Shown here one piece after another: positions 31,636 through 44,527 of a DNA stretch of 64,000 bases (positions are counted from its first letter, which is position 1; every line of letters starts with the position of its first letter). Source of the DNA: Amoebidium appalachense (taxonomy: Eukaryota > Protista > Ichthyosporea); contig CAVNZM010000005.1 of assembly GCA_963693365.1 (NCBI GenBank), forward strand, positions 868,001 through 932,000. The letters are read 5' to 3'. Position numbers and translations under genes: made by a program. The notes beneath the pieces were generated by a model. It saw only the letters and a list, made by a program, of their open reading frames with translations. It was not told where the DNA came from and ran no database searches.

Positions 31636-33121
31636 GGGAAGGGGGGAGGGGAAGATACTCAGTTCAAAGCACAAAGATACACCTAGAGGAACATCCGGGG
31701 GGGAGGGAGGGGGGCAAACATACAGCAGGGCCATCCTTCCAGACTATGTCTGTAGTGCGCACGGCCACAAAGCTGCCGTCCTCCTGCCTCTGCAGCACCT
31801 TGCACAGCACATCGTTTGATATGTGATCGTTGGCATTGAACGTCTGTAGAGGGTATGGGGTAAGTGGTGGCATACGGGTAAAAATGAGGGGAAAGAGGCA
31901 TGACAGACTAGCGTGAAGGCCTGGAGAGGAAGGAGTACAGGGAGGAGGAGGAGGGGGAGAGGGAGAAAAATGAAAGGCAGAGGGGTGTTGGGTTGGGGTG
32001 TGTGCGAGTGTTTTGAGGGGGGGGGGGGGAGGGGGAGGGGGGATTGGGGAGGGTAGAATGTGACACATGACAAAGTACAAATTTATTACGAATAAAGTAA
32101 TACAGAAATGTCAACTTAACATTCAAGAACAACATCCCAATCGCGAGGAGGGGGGGAGCGGAGAGGGGGGGGGAGGGGCGGTCAGAGGGTAGGCACTCAG
32201 ATCCGGTATACATGCACCGAAGTATAAACGAACAGCAACCGACCAGAGTGACAGAGTGACAGGTGCCAGAGAGCACCTAGATAATTGTTGGGGGAGAGGG
32301 GGGGGGGGGGGGGGTTTGAATGCGTCAAAAAGTACGAAGTACACAAGAACAAACGGATAACACGATGCAGAATGCAAGCCATACATAAAGAGTATGCATA
32401 ATAAGCAGAGCCCATCCTCAGGGGGGGCCCACGTCATCCACAGTACCCGAGTTTCGACCTATTCCCCTCGTTAACGAAACCCAACTCAGATACTGTTTCA
32501 CTTGAACATGAGTAGGTCACCCGTCTTGATCAGAGACGAGCAGGGTTGGGGGGGGGGGGGACATGTACCAGAGAGACGGTGATGAGGTCATCCGTCGTCT
32601 CCTCATAGGCCATGTCAGTCACGTGATCCAGAAGCGCATAGTCCTCGTCCGTCCACATAACCCCCATGTTGTTCTTGAGCTGTACGTGGGTGCACGTGTC
32701 ATGCACGTGGAGCTACTGGAACACTGGGGATACACCTTCCCCTCCCCCCCCATCTAGCCTCTCCCACAAGGTACCTCGGGCCACACAGTACTTTAAAGGC
32801 AGGGAGGGGGGAGGAAGGGAAGCATACTTTTTGGCTAAGACAAACCACACAGAAATGGACGAGAAGGCTTAAACGTTTTAGCCGTACGAAGTGTGAAGCA
32901 TCCCTTACCTCACCATTCAACAAAATCACAATATCGGGGAGAGGGCAAGGGAGAACTGACATAAAAGTGGGTATAGGGCAATGAAAACCCCTGGTAGGTC
33001 TAACGCCAACACACATACACTATGATCCCAATCTCCCAAAAACTCACTGCAGGGGAAAACGAACCCTCGGCGGGAGGGGGGGCCGGGGGAGGGTGGAGGG
33101 AAAAGGTGGGTGGGTGGTTGG

Positions 33122-33174
<53 letters not shown>

Positions 33175-34119
33175 GGGGGGGGGGGGGGAGAGGGGAGAGG
33201 GGGGGGGGAGAAGTGTACACTCACGGCCTTTGACCAGAAGTCACCCAGCCTGCGTGCGGCCTCAGCCCTGACACTGTACTTTTCCTGCTTGAGGCGCAAA
33301 TACTTGGCCTCCACCTGCCGTAACTCCTCGCTCAGCTGCCTGTTGAGCTCGTCTAGCTGTTCCTGCATCAGGCTGATCTGCTTCATCTCGGGCGGGTACT
33401 ACAGACCACAGGCACAGTGTGAGTTGTATGGGCCAAAGTTAATTTTTATATTGCATGGAACTAATATAATGGCCACATAATGAGTAAAAACCTCCCTCCC
33501 CCCCCTCCCCCCCCCCCCCCCCCCCCCCCCCCACACACACCAAAAAAAAACAGGGAAAAAAAAAAAAAAAAAAAAAAAAGGCTCTCCATCAACCACCCCG
33601 CCCCTTCACCACACCAACACACACCCACGTTGAGCCTTGCACGCCGTAACCAAACCTCAAATCGTCCTACCTATCACACGTGTCCCTTAAACTTCCCCAT
33701 CCTCCCCCCCCCTCCCCCCACCACTTCAACATGCACGCACGTGCGCGCGTGCACACCCACACCCACACCCAACCACCCATCTACCCACCCACCCACACAC
33801 ACAAACGACCTGCACTCAACCCACCCCACCTCACCCATACCCACACCCAGGACGGACCCTGACAACTCTTCACACAATAACAGCATACAAGATGCAGGGT
33901 CTATCCTGGTCACCTATTCGACGCTCGAACTGTTGTGCCAAGCTAAACACTAAACTCTCTTCTTTCTAGCCCCTAACATTCACACCACATACCCACCACA
34001 ACACACCCACCCACCTCTTGGACTTCATGGTTTTCCTCGTGTGCCTCCTCCCCGTTCAGAGCACCTCCGGGGGCAGGGGCCTCCTCTTCCACACGTGCGA
34101 CTTTGCGTGGTTGTGCCAT
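29383..34119 (-). CDS. SET/TSPY/NAP-family histone chaperone with a long acidic C-terminal tail
   Basis: Exons 34015-34119, 33225-33398 (QEQLDELNRQLSEELRQVEAKYLRLKQEKYSVRAEAARRLGDFWSKA), 32569-32679 (LKNNMG..DEDYALLDHVTD), 31724-31843 (FNANDHISNDVLCK...TTDIVWKDG), 30751-30891 (LEWF...VWEDPLKYYL), 30308-30364 and 29860-end (E/G-rich). A probable one-base homopolymer indel near 29440 moves the stop: 29399 as assembled, 29383 if corrected. Confidence 0.88.
32315..32547 (-). mobile_element. Longest-type copy of the poly(C)-associated structured element, in a SET/NAP intron
   Basis: On the - strand it reads AACCCTGCTCGTCT...GACGCATTCAAA, with a C run on each side. Confidence 0.85.
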
Positions 34120-35199
34120 AATGATTGCTTTTATCGTATGTGAATCATAAACCGGGCACAGATGAAAAACAGCAAAACTTGTAGACAAAGCAGACTCTGG
34201 AAAGTCTTTCACTTCAGGACCGAGAAAGTTATTTTGACTTGAGATTGCTTGATGTTTGCTGGTGTTGCCCGGGAAGGGAAAACCCTTTGCACTTACCAGC
34301 AGAAGAAAAATCTGTGGGTTGGTTAGGGTGCAGAGCAAAAGCAATGCAGCTGAAGTCCAAAAGACCAGATGCAAAAGCAGAAAGCAGAAAGCCTCAGCAA
34401 AGAGGAAAGGAAAAAGGTAGGTTCACAACGCCACAAAGCAACACGATGTACGCTAAAGACCTTGTCCTGTTGTCCGTCTAACAGATTCACTAACAAAGCA
34501 TGCTTCAAGTGAAAAGCAACACAGCAAGACCAATATTCGTTGGTAACACAAGAAGAGTTTGACAATAACCACACTCAGTTAAATCCAATCCGAGCGGATT
34601 TTGCCAGGCGTGTGACGAACGAAAAAGCTCCACAGCAGTAGCTCGATGAAATTCTTGAAGCCGACGGAAAGGAAAAACAAAGCCCTTCGAATTTGATGCA
34701 GTCCCTACACTATTTTCAAAGGCTTTTATTATTGTTGTTTACTGCGTAAGGGAAGCCTCAAGTTATCAACTGAGTGGTCAGCTGACATCTATTCGCTGCC
34801 TTTCACACAAAAACAAAGTTCTGCAATCACATACAACCTGTTCAGAAGAAATAGACACACAATTAGTTAACCTATAAGAACCAACTTTCTCATCCAGCAC
34901 AATTTTTTCAGTTTCACCAACACAAGAAACTCTGTCTGTCTGTTGAAGTGTCTGCCAGAAACTTTTGGAGACGTTGGATTTCAAATATTTCTTCAGTCTT
35001 AGGGCTCCCTAATCTATAATCGAGGCGATCTGCGTTGGCTCATTCGTCGGAAAAAAGATAAACACAATAAAGCCCATAACTGGCAATTTCTAATCTTTAT
35101 GTTTTTTTAATGTATGAGGTATAAAAACAATGCAAAAAAATCATTCAGATGTTATGCCACAAACCTACATGCCCATTCCGGTCAAATCGGACCGCCCTG

Positions 35200-36484
35200 A
35201 ACCAATGAAAATCCTGGAGCTCTAATCGAGAAACGTCGCCGTTACGTCGGGCGGCAACAGCAACATATAAAAAGGCACGTGCTGTCCGGTTTCTTTTCAC
35301 TTTTTCCCCGTCTTTGCGTTGGCTTCGCTACAGGTATGGAGGTAACCTTTCGCTTGTTATGTGTTTCACAAGTGTGCGCGTGTACGTATGCATGTATCCG
35401 CCTGCTTGCCTGCGTGCTGTACCTGCGTGTGCCTGCTGTGCACGTATGCCTGTGTGTGTACGGAGGAAAGTGATGATACCCCTTTTGGAATTACCGGTTG
35501 AATGTCCACAACGTACTCGTGGGTCCTTGAGAATAATTGGCTCCTGATTCTTCCTTCTTACCTGTATAGCCACATACTTCTCCTTTTGGAAAAACTTGCT
35601 AACAGAAGTCACTTTTTGTTTCAGCTGGGGAAGAGCCTGGCACAGGTGGAGGGTTGTAGTGCTTTGAAGGTGAGTTCTTCTTTCCATCACGTTCCCTTCC
35701 CTTTGTGTCTTCTATTTGCTGGTTAGCTGCTGTGGTTGCTTTTTTTCCTCTTCGTGAAACCACTCGTTTCTCTTTCTCGTGAACCTTGTCACTGGTGAAT
35801 GATGATCCCAAAACATGTCCGAGAGGCAGTGTCCGGTGAGAGCCCGAAAGCCCTCGTGGCCGTAAGGTGAACCCACTCACTGGCCTGCTACCGTTGGCGA
35901 TGACTTGCGGCTGTGCCGCTGTCTGACTCCAGTCCATACCTTGAACGTTGAGTATGCTGTGTTCATTTTTCTTTTCTGACCATGGTTGGTTTCCTGCAGG
36001 TTGGGACTTGAGTGAGGCAGCATGGTCGGCACGGCTGGGAGTTTTGGACTTCGTATCAGCAATAAAGGGAAACGTAAAGTTGTTCTACTTCCGAGAGGCA
36101 AGGACACAGTCTCCGCCCCTCCCAACCTTCATTGTGTGCACAACTTGTGTGTAACTGGTCATGTTATCCTATGTTGTTCCTTGTTTTCCTCTTAATAATG
36201 TTTGCCCAGCGCAAACATCAAGGTCACTGACAGACTTTGAGTGTTTGTGCCCCTTTGGAGGTGTGTCGTATTCTTCAGCTGCAAGTGTGTGCCATTTGCA
36301 GTGGCTTGTGTGCACATGCTCTAGAAGACTCTTGAGCTCGTGGATCCCATGGAGGCTTGAGTTAGGCTACGACGACGTCGTGACTGTGCAAGCTTGCAAG
36401 GTAGGAAAGAAGATTGCACTTGAGCAGTTTATAGCAGAACATGAGGGAAGAGCGAAGGAGAAAGATGCCAAAGCTCTTGCCTAA
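35200..36484 (+). other. CCAAT/TATA promoter followed by a possible spliced, degraded or TE-derived transcript
   Basis: CCAAT at ~35202 and TATAAAA at ~35266. Splice-like junctions such as TTTCAG|35625-35669|GTGAGT and CTGCAG|~36000. No recognisable protein. Confidence 0.25.
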
Positions 36485-37298
36485 AGGTTTCGTATGTAGG
36501 CATCGAGATATCATACGGTTCCACGAACCCTTTATTGTAGGCAGCCGGACTGCCGGAGAAATAATCGAAACACGGCCCGGGGGTTGCGATCGCGCTACGA
36601 ACATGATACAAAGTAGTTACAGTTTTGGATAACTCTCGTCACGGGCATGACGGGGATATAAGTTTTTTGGCGATATTTTCCGAAGATTATTAAGAAGTGA
36701 TGACGTCACAAGCCCCGAAAATGACGTCATTACTGCGTTATTGCTGCTTAAAATAGTAACACATGGTTTCTGACTGCCATATATGGTAGTTCCGCGAAAA
36801 TTTGAAAACTTCACATTTTCAGACCGTGCTGCTGCACATTACAATGTGTGACAATAGACATGTGTATGAGAAGAAAGACGACGTGGCAAAAAGCAGTCTT
36901 TAGGTCTTTTATGATACCCAACCCTTCAGGGCTGTATATGGCACGACCTGGATTCTTGGGCTGCAGTTCGATCCTGGCCGTGACTGATTTTTTTTTTTTT
37001 CCAAAAAAATATTTTTTTTTTCAACTCCAAGAATATCATACGACAGCTCTCGTCGAGATATGTCGATTGCAATAAGAAACGTCTAAAGTTTTTTTTCTTT
37101 TGACTGGATTTATTCGACGGAAAGATATGGAAGTATGCACGGCTACATGTGGATATTCGAGAAACACGCTTGCAAAAAATCGATGACGTCACAAGCCCCC
37201 TTAATGGCCGAAAATTTCTCAATGAGAAAAAAAAAATGCAGTTTTATTTTTTTTTCACGTTTCGAGACGTCAGTTTGTAAACCTTGATGGGACGCATC

Positions 37299-38294
37299 AG
37301 AAATACCCTATATCGCTCATCACCGTGGTATCTCCCAGTTATCACCGGTTATCACCGATGTCAGAAAATTTCACGCGTTGACAGATCTGTGATATGATCG
37401 TAATATCACGGTGATAGCTTCTCGCTAAACCTGCACTCATGTCAGCTGGCGAATCAGGAGCCGGTGATAGCACACTGATATTACCATTAAATGTCATTGG
37501 GTCAACAAAACTGTACGCACCAACCTGAAAGTCAATGATCAGAACATTCTACGTAGACGATTGCAGCATTATCACGCAAAAATATTATCAAGTTATAAAA
37601 AAGTTTCATTTGATTGAGAGTTTATCACGAAGAAAATTTGCCCCCCCTTATTTACGGACAACCAGAACGGATGATTGGATTTCTCTTGTTATTGACTAAA
37701 CATAAACTCGAGAAATGGCGCAAAGTCAGTGTGGCTACTTTGCCACATCTGCAGCAAAAAACTTATTGGATTTCGGAGGTTTACAGAAGCTTCAAAATTG
37801 TCCAGTGCAACTTCGTAGCCGGCCCTAGTACCGCCTTGTTGGTAGGCACAGTTCATCGTGCCTGCTATCATATGTTTCCGACTTCCTTCACCCGATAGTG
37901 CAAACCAGGAGATGGAGGCACATCTTGGAGAAAAGCCCAAGGGGGAGCAGCACTCCGAGACGGAGGTGAGTATCTTGTTTTAAATGACATGCATGTACAC
38001 AGTACGAAGTGTAAAGGCCTTAGGCTGAAGGATATTAATTAACTATACAACAGTTGTTCCTTAAAAAGAAAAGGAAGACCCATACTCATGTATTTGATAG
38101 AGTAAGAACACGTGAATAAATGCAGAAAAACTGTTCCAGAGTTGGTTGTCCAGAGTTGTGAAATGCTGTGTGCGCACATTTGCGAACCGTCACCGTCCCA
38201 TAACTGACACAGCGATATCACAGCGATATCTCAGCGATATCACCTATTACCAGCGATATCACGCACACACACGCACACACACACAAACACACAA

Positions 38295-38390
<96 letters not shown>

Positions 38391-41300
38391 ACACACACGC
38401 TGTCGTGGCAACAAACAGAGTGTATATGAACTACTCTAACTATCTGCACGCTTAAAGGGGCTCGAAACCGTGTATACGTATAAACTTTTCTTTGAGTTGG
38501 GTGGGAAGCGAGTTTTCTGTGTTCTGAGAAGAACTTCCAAAAGCCCGCGACCCCGCGAGACACTTCACAGACACGCGGCCCACTGGCCAGACAAATACCA
38601 CAGTGACATTCAGCCAATCACAACACTCCCTCCCCCACAGACTACACGCACTCCACACCATTGGCTACCGCGACCTCAGACACCCCTACAGCACTACAAC
38701 ACGTACACACGTTTACTCACAATACATATAAGCATACACACACGCGAGCAGGCAACATGGGTCTCGCCACGCACACAGCAAGAAGCAATACAACATTTAA
38801 CATGGAGAGTACGCAGAGGCATGGGGCATGCACGCGCGCACCAAACAATCAGCCGCCGCTGCATCAGATTCTCCCCATACCACTGATTAATCTCCTCATA
38901 CCCCATTTAGACCCCGGCATCACTATGCAAGAAAACCCCCGAAATTAACTCACCAAAACACAAAATATAGAAGTAAACTAATACGAATCAGCTCAGCACA
39001 TGACAACTCCCCCCTCGCACAGAAAATAACTGAGTTCCACCTCAGTAAAAACTACCTAAAAACAAAATAAAGTTATGTGCTGAGCGACTACAACTACCGC
39101 TACCCATGCAGGAAGCAACATTTAACATATAACATAAAACATATACATACATCCACACACCACCCCACCATGGTTAATACCCAACCCAACCCCAAAACAA
39201 GGATAATTATGAACCGCCACTGACGTTGCCCTGTAGATGCACCTCTGCCCCCGTCCACAATCTGCACCCAAAACCCCATGCCCCTGGCACAATGTTATAT
39301 CGAGTGGAACATAGCAACAGACATGATAACAGACACCATCCATACAACCACACTCAGCATGCCCCATCCACAAAGAATTCCTAACACATTGTCCAAACAT
39401 GCCATGACGAACACCTCCAGACTCATGTGACGTACACCTCCAGACTCTCTTGCTGGCCATTCCTCTACCCGACAAAGACTCCTACTACGTAGGTCCCGGT
39501 GGTTTGGGAATGCCTCCGCCCCAACCGTGCCCTACACAGCGGTGTGTGTAAGGCCTACTGCTGCACTGGGCACCACAACACTACTCAACAACACTACGGG
39601 CAGCCACTCCAAAGGGCCTCAACACCAGGCCCAGGGCAGCCACTCCAAGGGGCCTCAGCACCAGGCCCTTTGACGACGGGGGTTCACAACAGTGGGGGCC
39701 TGCCACTGCCATGACTACACCTCGACCCCCCCCAGCCCCCTCGTCAGAGGGCCGAGCTCCCAGACAGCAGCAGGACTTTCTATTCCACTGACCCTAACCA
39801 CACACGTCGCCAACACAGGACTCATACACACGTCGAAAACGCCAGGCACCAGTAGAAAACTCAGCGAAAAAAACACACCACACAACTCCCATACAACAAC
39901 AACTTGAACAACCCAAGAGACGGCCTACCCCCTAATAAAACCTTCATACCAGCAACACGGTCACCGACGTCCCTGCCCCCCGGGGCTGTTTACACCACGC
40001 GTTGCCCCCGCTCCTTGCAGTTGTCGCAGGTGCCTGGGAAAGAGCCTGGCGCCGGCTCTTGCTGTCCCGCCCAAAGACGCCAGCCTGGCCCATCTGTTAT
40101 CCCGTTGTGGCCGTGGCTGGTAGGACTGGTAGCGCCGTGGGGAGGGTGACCGCCGCCGGTCCCCTCTGAGCCCTCTGCTGGACAAACGGCCCTGAGCTTG
40201 CTAAGTCACCTAGGGAGGTCAAGGTCCTTAGCGAGGACTAAGTCCCCTGTGATACTAGTCCTACTGCTCAAGTTGCCTATGCCAACTGTTGCTAGCTGTA
40301 GGCCTGTGTGTGCGTATGTTTCTTCTACCTCTAACTGTCGAAAAAGTCCTAAGTCAAAGCCACTCATAACCGCTAGGCGTGAAAGAAAAAAAAAAACTAG
40401 GGGTGAAAGCAACAGCCCAGAAGGACTAACAGTGCGTGTGCCCCCTCCCTGCAAAAAACTGCAGAGAAAGGGGGTGTAGCTTGTCGTGGCAACAAACAGA
40501 GTGTATATGAACTACTCTAACTATCTGCACGCTTAAAGGGGCTCGAAACCGTGTATACGTATAAACTTTTCTTTGAGTTGGGTGGGAAGCGAGTTTTCTG
40601 TGTTCTGAGAAGAACTTCCAAAAGCCCGCGACCCCGCGAGACACTTCACAGACACGCGGCCCACTGGCCAGACAAATACCACAGTGACATTCAGCCAATC
40701 ACAACACTCCCTCCCCCACAGACTACACGCACTCCACACCATTGGCTACCGCGACCTCAGACACCCCTACAGCACTACAACACGTACACACGTTTACTCA
40801 CAATACATATAAGCATACACACACGCGAGCAGGCAACATGGGTCTCGCCACGCACACAGCAAGAAGCAATACAACATTTAACATGGAGAGTACGCAGAGG
40901 CATGGGGCATGCACGCGCGCACCAAACAATCAGCCGCCGCTGCATCAGATTCTCCCCATACCACTGATTAATCTCCTCATACCCCATTTAGACCCCGGCA
41001 TCACTATGCAAGAAAACCCCCGAAATTAACTCACCAAAACACAAAATATAGAAGTAAACTAATACGAATCAGCTCAGCACATGACACACGCACACACACG
41101 CACACACGCGCACACGCACGCACACACACACACACGCACACGTGTGCACTGACGCACACACCGTCACACACACACACGGCATCCAAGTACACAGTGATTT
41201 CCCGCCCAGACCTACCTTCCCCATTTTTTTGTCCAAGGGGGCCTTCCGCTTAGGCTAGCAAAATATTGCAATATCACCGCAATAACACGCAAACCACACG

Positions 41301-41748
41301 TAGCACAGGTATCACCTGCCCAGCAGAAATAACACTGTGGTATTCAAATTACCACCAAAGTAACACGACATGCGAAATAACACGAAGATATTATTGTGGT
41401 ATCACCGGCAGTACCGGTACCACGGTGATATCGTTGAGATATTCCCTATGTTTCCAATGGCGGTATCACCAAGATATCACGAACGAAATTGCCGGAAATA
41501 TCACTGCGATATCACCGTGTGGATGCATGTGATATCACCGTACTACTCCAGTATATCACCATCTAGGGGTACAGTCGCCCGCGGGGCATACCGGTGGTGA
41601 TTTGGTTATATCACCGTACTATCTCCAGTATCACCGGGTCCGGTCTGAATCACAGGCGCGGATCCCGCGGTGATATCGGGTGATATTACAGTAATATCAC
41701 ACCGCGGTGATATCACCAATCGCTATTGCGCGATATAGGGTATTTCTC
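37299..41748. mobile_element. Non-autonomous TIR DNA transposon (MULE- or hAT-like) containing a nested LTR element
   Basis: TIR AGAAATACCCTATATCGC at 37299 with its inverse at 41730-41747. The duplicated flank GGACGCATC lies at 37290-37298 and 41749-41757 (8-9 bp TSD depending on the terminal base). Many ATATCACCG/CGGTGATAT subterminal repeats. No intact transposase seen. Confidence 0.88.
38401..41086 (-). mobile_element. Non-autonomous LTR retrotransposon (605-bp LTRs, ~1.48-kb internal region with a gag remnant)
   Basis: LTRs 38401-39005 and 40482-41086 have TG...CA ends and look identical by eye. The 5-bp TSD is CACGC. A PPT GAGGGGGGAGT lies on the - strand next to 39005. A degenerate zinc knuckle FPGTCDNCKERGQR lies at ~39999-40040 (-). 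Confidence 0.93.
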
Positions 41749-42176
41749 GGACGCATCGAAAATTTTTCGAATTGATTGGACAATTCTATTTATCCCTTAT
41801 ATTCGGCCGAATGATGTGGCCCCAATGGCTCCGGGGCCAATCATCGGCCTGGTAGAAGCGACTTAGTATATTAAGGAGCGGCTTCGTAGTCACTCCACCC
41901 AGCTCTTATGTATTCTCGCCGCTTCTCTTACGGAGAGCGTGCGTTAGTGAGGCCGGTCTAGTGACCTGAACGCTTGTAGGGCGCGTGTGCGTCAATATAG
42001 CTACTGAACGTTATTAATAAGGCCTCTAGACGCCCTCTAGCTGCGTGTGCAGACAGAGTTTCAAGTTTCAAGTTGGCGTAGTGCAGTTGCCCTATCATGG
42101 TGATGATGTGACGTTTTATTTTATTTATTTTTTTAAGGGTTGGGGACAGTAGGTAATGGGTGCCTACTGGTTACCG

Positions 42177-42221
<45 letters not shown>

Positions 42222-43014
42222 ATGGGGGCATGGGGGAGGGGGGGGGGATCTTTTCATATTTCGATCATACGGTCATCCGGAAACCATGCGGGTTGACCGT
42301 TATAAGCAGCGGCCAAGTAGTTACAATCGGCCGTCATGATCAGGTGCATATGCCCATCCGGGGGAGATCCAATCTCTGCTACCATGCCTAAGCTAGTGGT
42401 ACATGGGACTAAGGAACAAGAGGGAAAAAGGGGAACGAGGCACTTAGTGTGTGAGGGGCGGTGACGGGACTCACACAGAGCTGCCGAGAGTCTGTATTGG
42501 GCCTGTGCTTGTTAGCGATAGCCAATCTGGCTGCCGTGAGCCGGGTGCGTCTGCCTATACCCCATGGCCAGTGCGGGCGAGGTCACGTGATCTCGCTCGG
42601 GCAGTACGTTGACGCACGGGTGATACGGTAACCCTAATACACCCATACAAAGGCTCCTTTTGTTAGTATATAGAAGTCATTGTTCCATACATACGTACAC
42701 AACTTTGTATGCTTCTTGAAGAAGACTCGATCGAATTCAGTCTTGCACTCAAGGACTCAGTCCAAGCTCACCAGGTGTGCGCACGTATGGGTGAGATCTC
42801 GAGGTGGTGAGAGGGCCTTGTGCTTGTATGTCCATGGATCGGTCAGGACTGTTAGGTGATCCTGATTGGCTCAGCTTCCCGCGCTTTTTCCAGCACGGTC
42901 CCACAAAGCTACCTCCGAAAAACCACTCAGTCTGCAAGTGTGGCAGGTGTATATACGCAGGCGGAGTGTGCTCATACTGGCACTCCCTGCGCCCCTCCAG
43001 CCACACTAGGCACC

Positions 43015-43908
43015 ATGGCCTCACTCCACCGCACCTTCCTGCCCACTGCCGCAGGGGCCTTAGAGCTCCTCACCCCCTCCCCACCCTCCCGCCTAGCCCA
43101 AACCAGAAGACCCATCCTCTTCATACCTGGGGGGTTCCATTCAGCCACCTGCTTCCGCCTGCTTCTACCTCACCTCCACAAAAGGAATATTCCCGCATAT
43201 GCGCTCTCTCTTCGCTCCCACGGCCAGTCATACCGCAGCCCATTCTGGAAGGAGCTTCTATGGCACCCACGTGATCTGCAGCACGACGTGCTGTGCGCAG
43301 TGAAATTCATCACAGGAGAGGCGGGGTCTGGGCAAAAACCCATACTTGCAGGGCACTCTGCGGGGGGCGGTCTGTGCCAATACGTGCTACAAAACGAGGC
43401 CAGAAAGGGCAACTATCCTGTGAACGGGCTGGTGCTTATGGCGTCATTTCCTGCTTTTGGCGGGCTGCAGGTGTTTATGAATTGGGCGAACCTCGACAAA
43501 GAGCTCTTTTCTCGCTCTATGAGAATGTTTGGGCACCCCAAAGCCCCCCTCTCAACGCCTGAACTTGTGCGTGCAGCGTTCTTTTCGCCAAAGTACCCCC
43601 CTGCAGGCAGTGCTGAAATGGAGCAAACATTCAAAGAGATAGAAGACGTGGAGAGTGTGGTGTGGCCTGCCTCCTTTATTAACCGAATAGTAAATGAGAG
43701 GGAGGTGTTGGGTGCAGTGGGTGGGCGAGTGTGCGTGCTTGGGGGTAGAGAGGATAAGCTAATGACACCGGATATTGTGCGCGATACAGCCAGAGGATAC
43801 GGTGTGCAGGAGGTGATCTTTGATAACAGCGGGCACGATCTGATGTTAGATATGAACTGGGAGGAAGTAGGGGATAAGATAGCAGACACGGTGGCTGTGT
43901 GGAAATAG
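43015..43908 (+). CDS. Alpha/beta-fold hydrolase (lysophospholipase/esterase-like), intronless, 297 aa
   Basis: ATG at 43015. Motifs: ILFIPGGF oxyanion region, SLRSHGQS, nucleophile GHSAGG, acid GGREDKL, catalytic His SGHDLMLD. Confidence 0.92.
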   Translation: MASLHRTFLPTAAGALELLTPSPPSRLAQTRRPILFIPGGFHSATCFRLLLPHLHKRNIPAYALSLRSHGQSYRSPFWKELLWHPRDLQHDVLCAVKFITGEAGSGQKPILAGHSAGGGLCQYVLQNEARKGNYPVNGLVLMASFPAFGGLQVFMNWANLDKELFSRSMRMFGHPKAPLSTPELVRAAFFSPKYPPAGSAEMEQTFKEIEDVESVVWPASFINRIVNEREVLGAVGGRVCVLGGREDKLMTPDIVRDTARGYGVQEVIFDNSGHDLMLDMNWEEVGDKIADTVAVWK

Positions 43909-44138
43909 CGTGCATGTTGTGTTTGCTGTTGGTAGGTGGCCGAGTGTGCGTCTATTAGTGCCTGCCTGCTGGTAGGGTGTGTGTGTGTTTTCTTTTTTCT
44001 TTTTTTTTTTCAACAGAAAATAAAAGCCTTAACGGGCTAGGTGTACAATTCCCTCCGGTGGAATTCAACCCCACGATATTCTCTCCCCCCCCCCCCCCCC
44101 CCCCCCTCTCTGTCTCTCTCTCTCTTCCCCCCCCCCCC

Positions 44139-44213
<75 letters not shown>

Positions 44214-44469
44214 GTCTGTCTCTCCGACTATCTCTCTCCCTCTCTTCCCCCCCTCCCCCTCCCCCCCCCCAATAAATAAATAAAACTAAAATTTAGTAGT
44301 ATGAATAAAAAATCAACTGGAAAATAAACTCAAAAGATGGGAAAGCTCGAACTTCGAAGAATAAAAGAAAGCCACTCCCCCCCCCCCCCCCCCCCCCCCC
44401 CCCCCTTGCCGCCTCACATCAATCCCCCATCCCCGCCAAGCATGCTGCACTGTATACACGGTTACGTGA

Positions 44470-44527
<58 letters not shown>

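Noticed and set aside
34778-34984. Short ORF with VVCDC, possibly a SWIM/transposase remnant
   Set aside because: Too short, and it lacks the rest of the motif.
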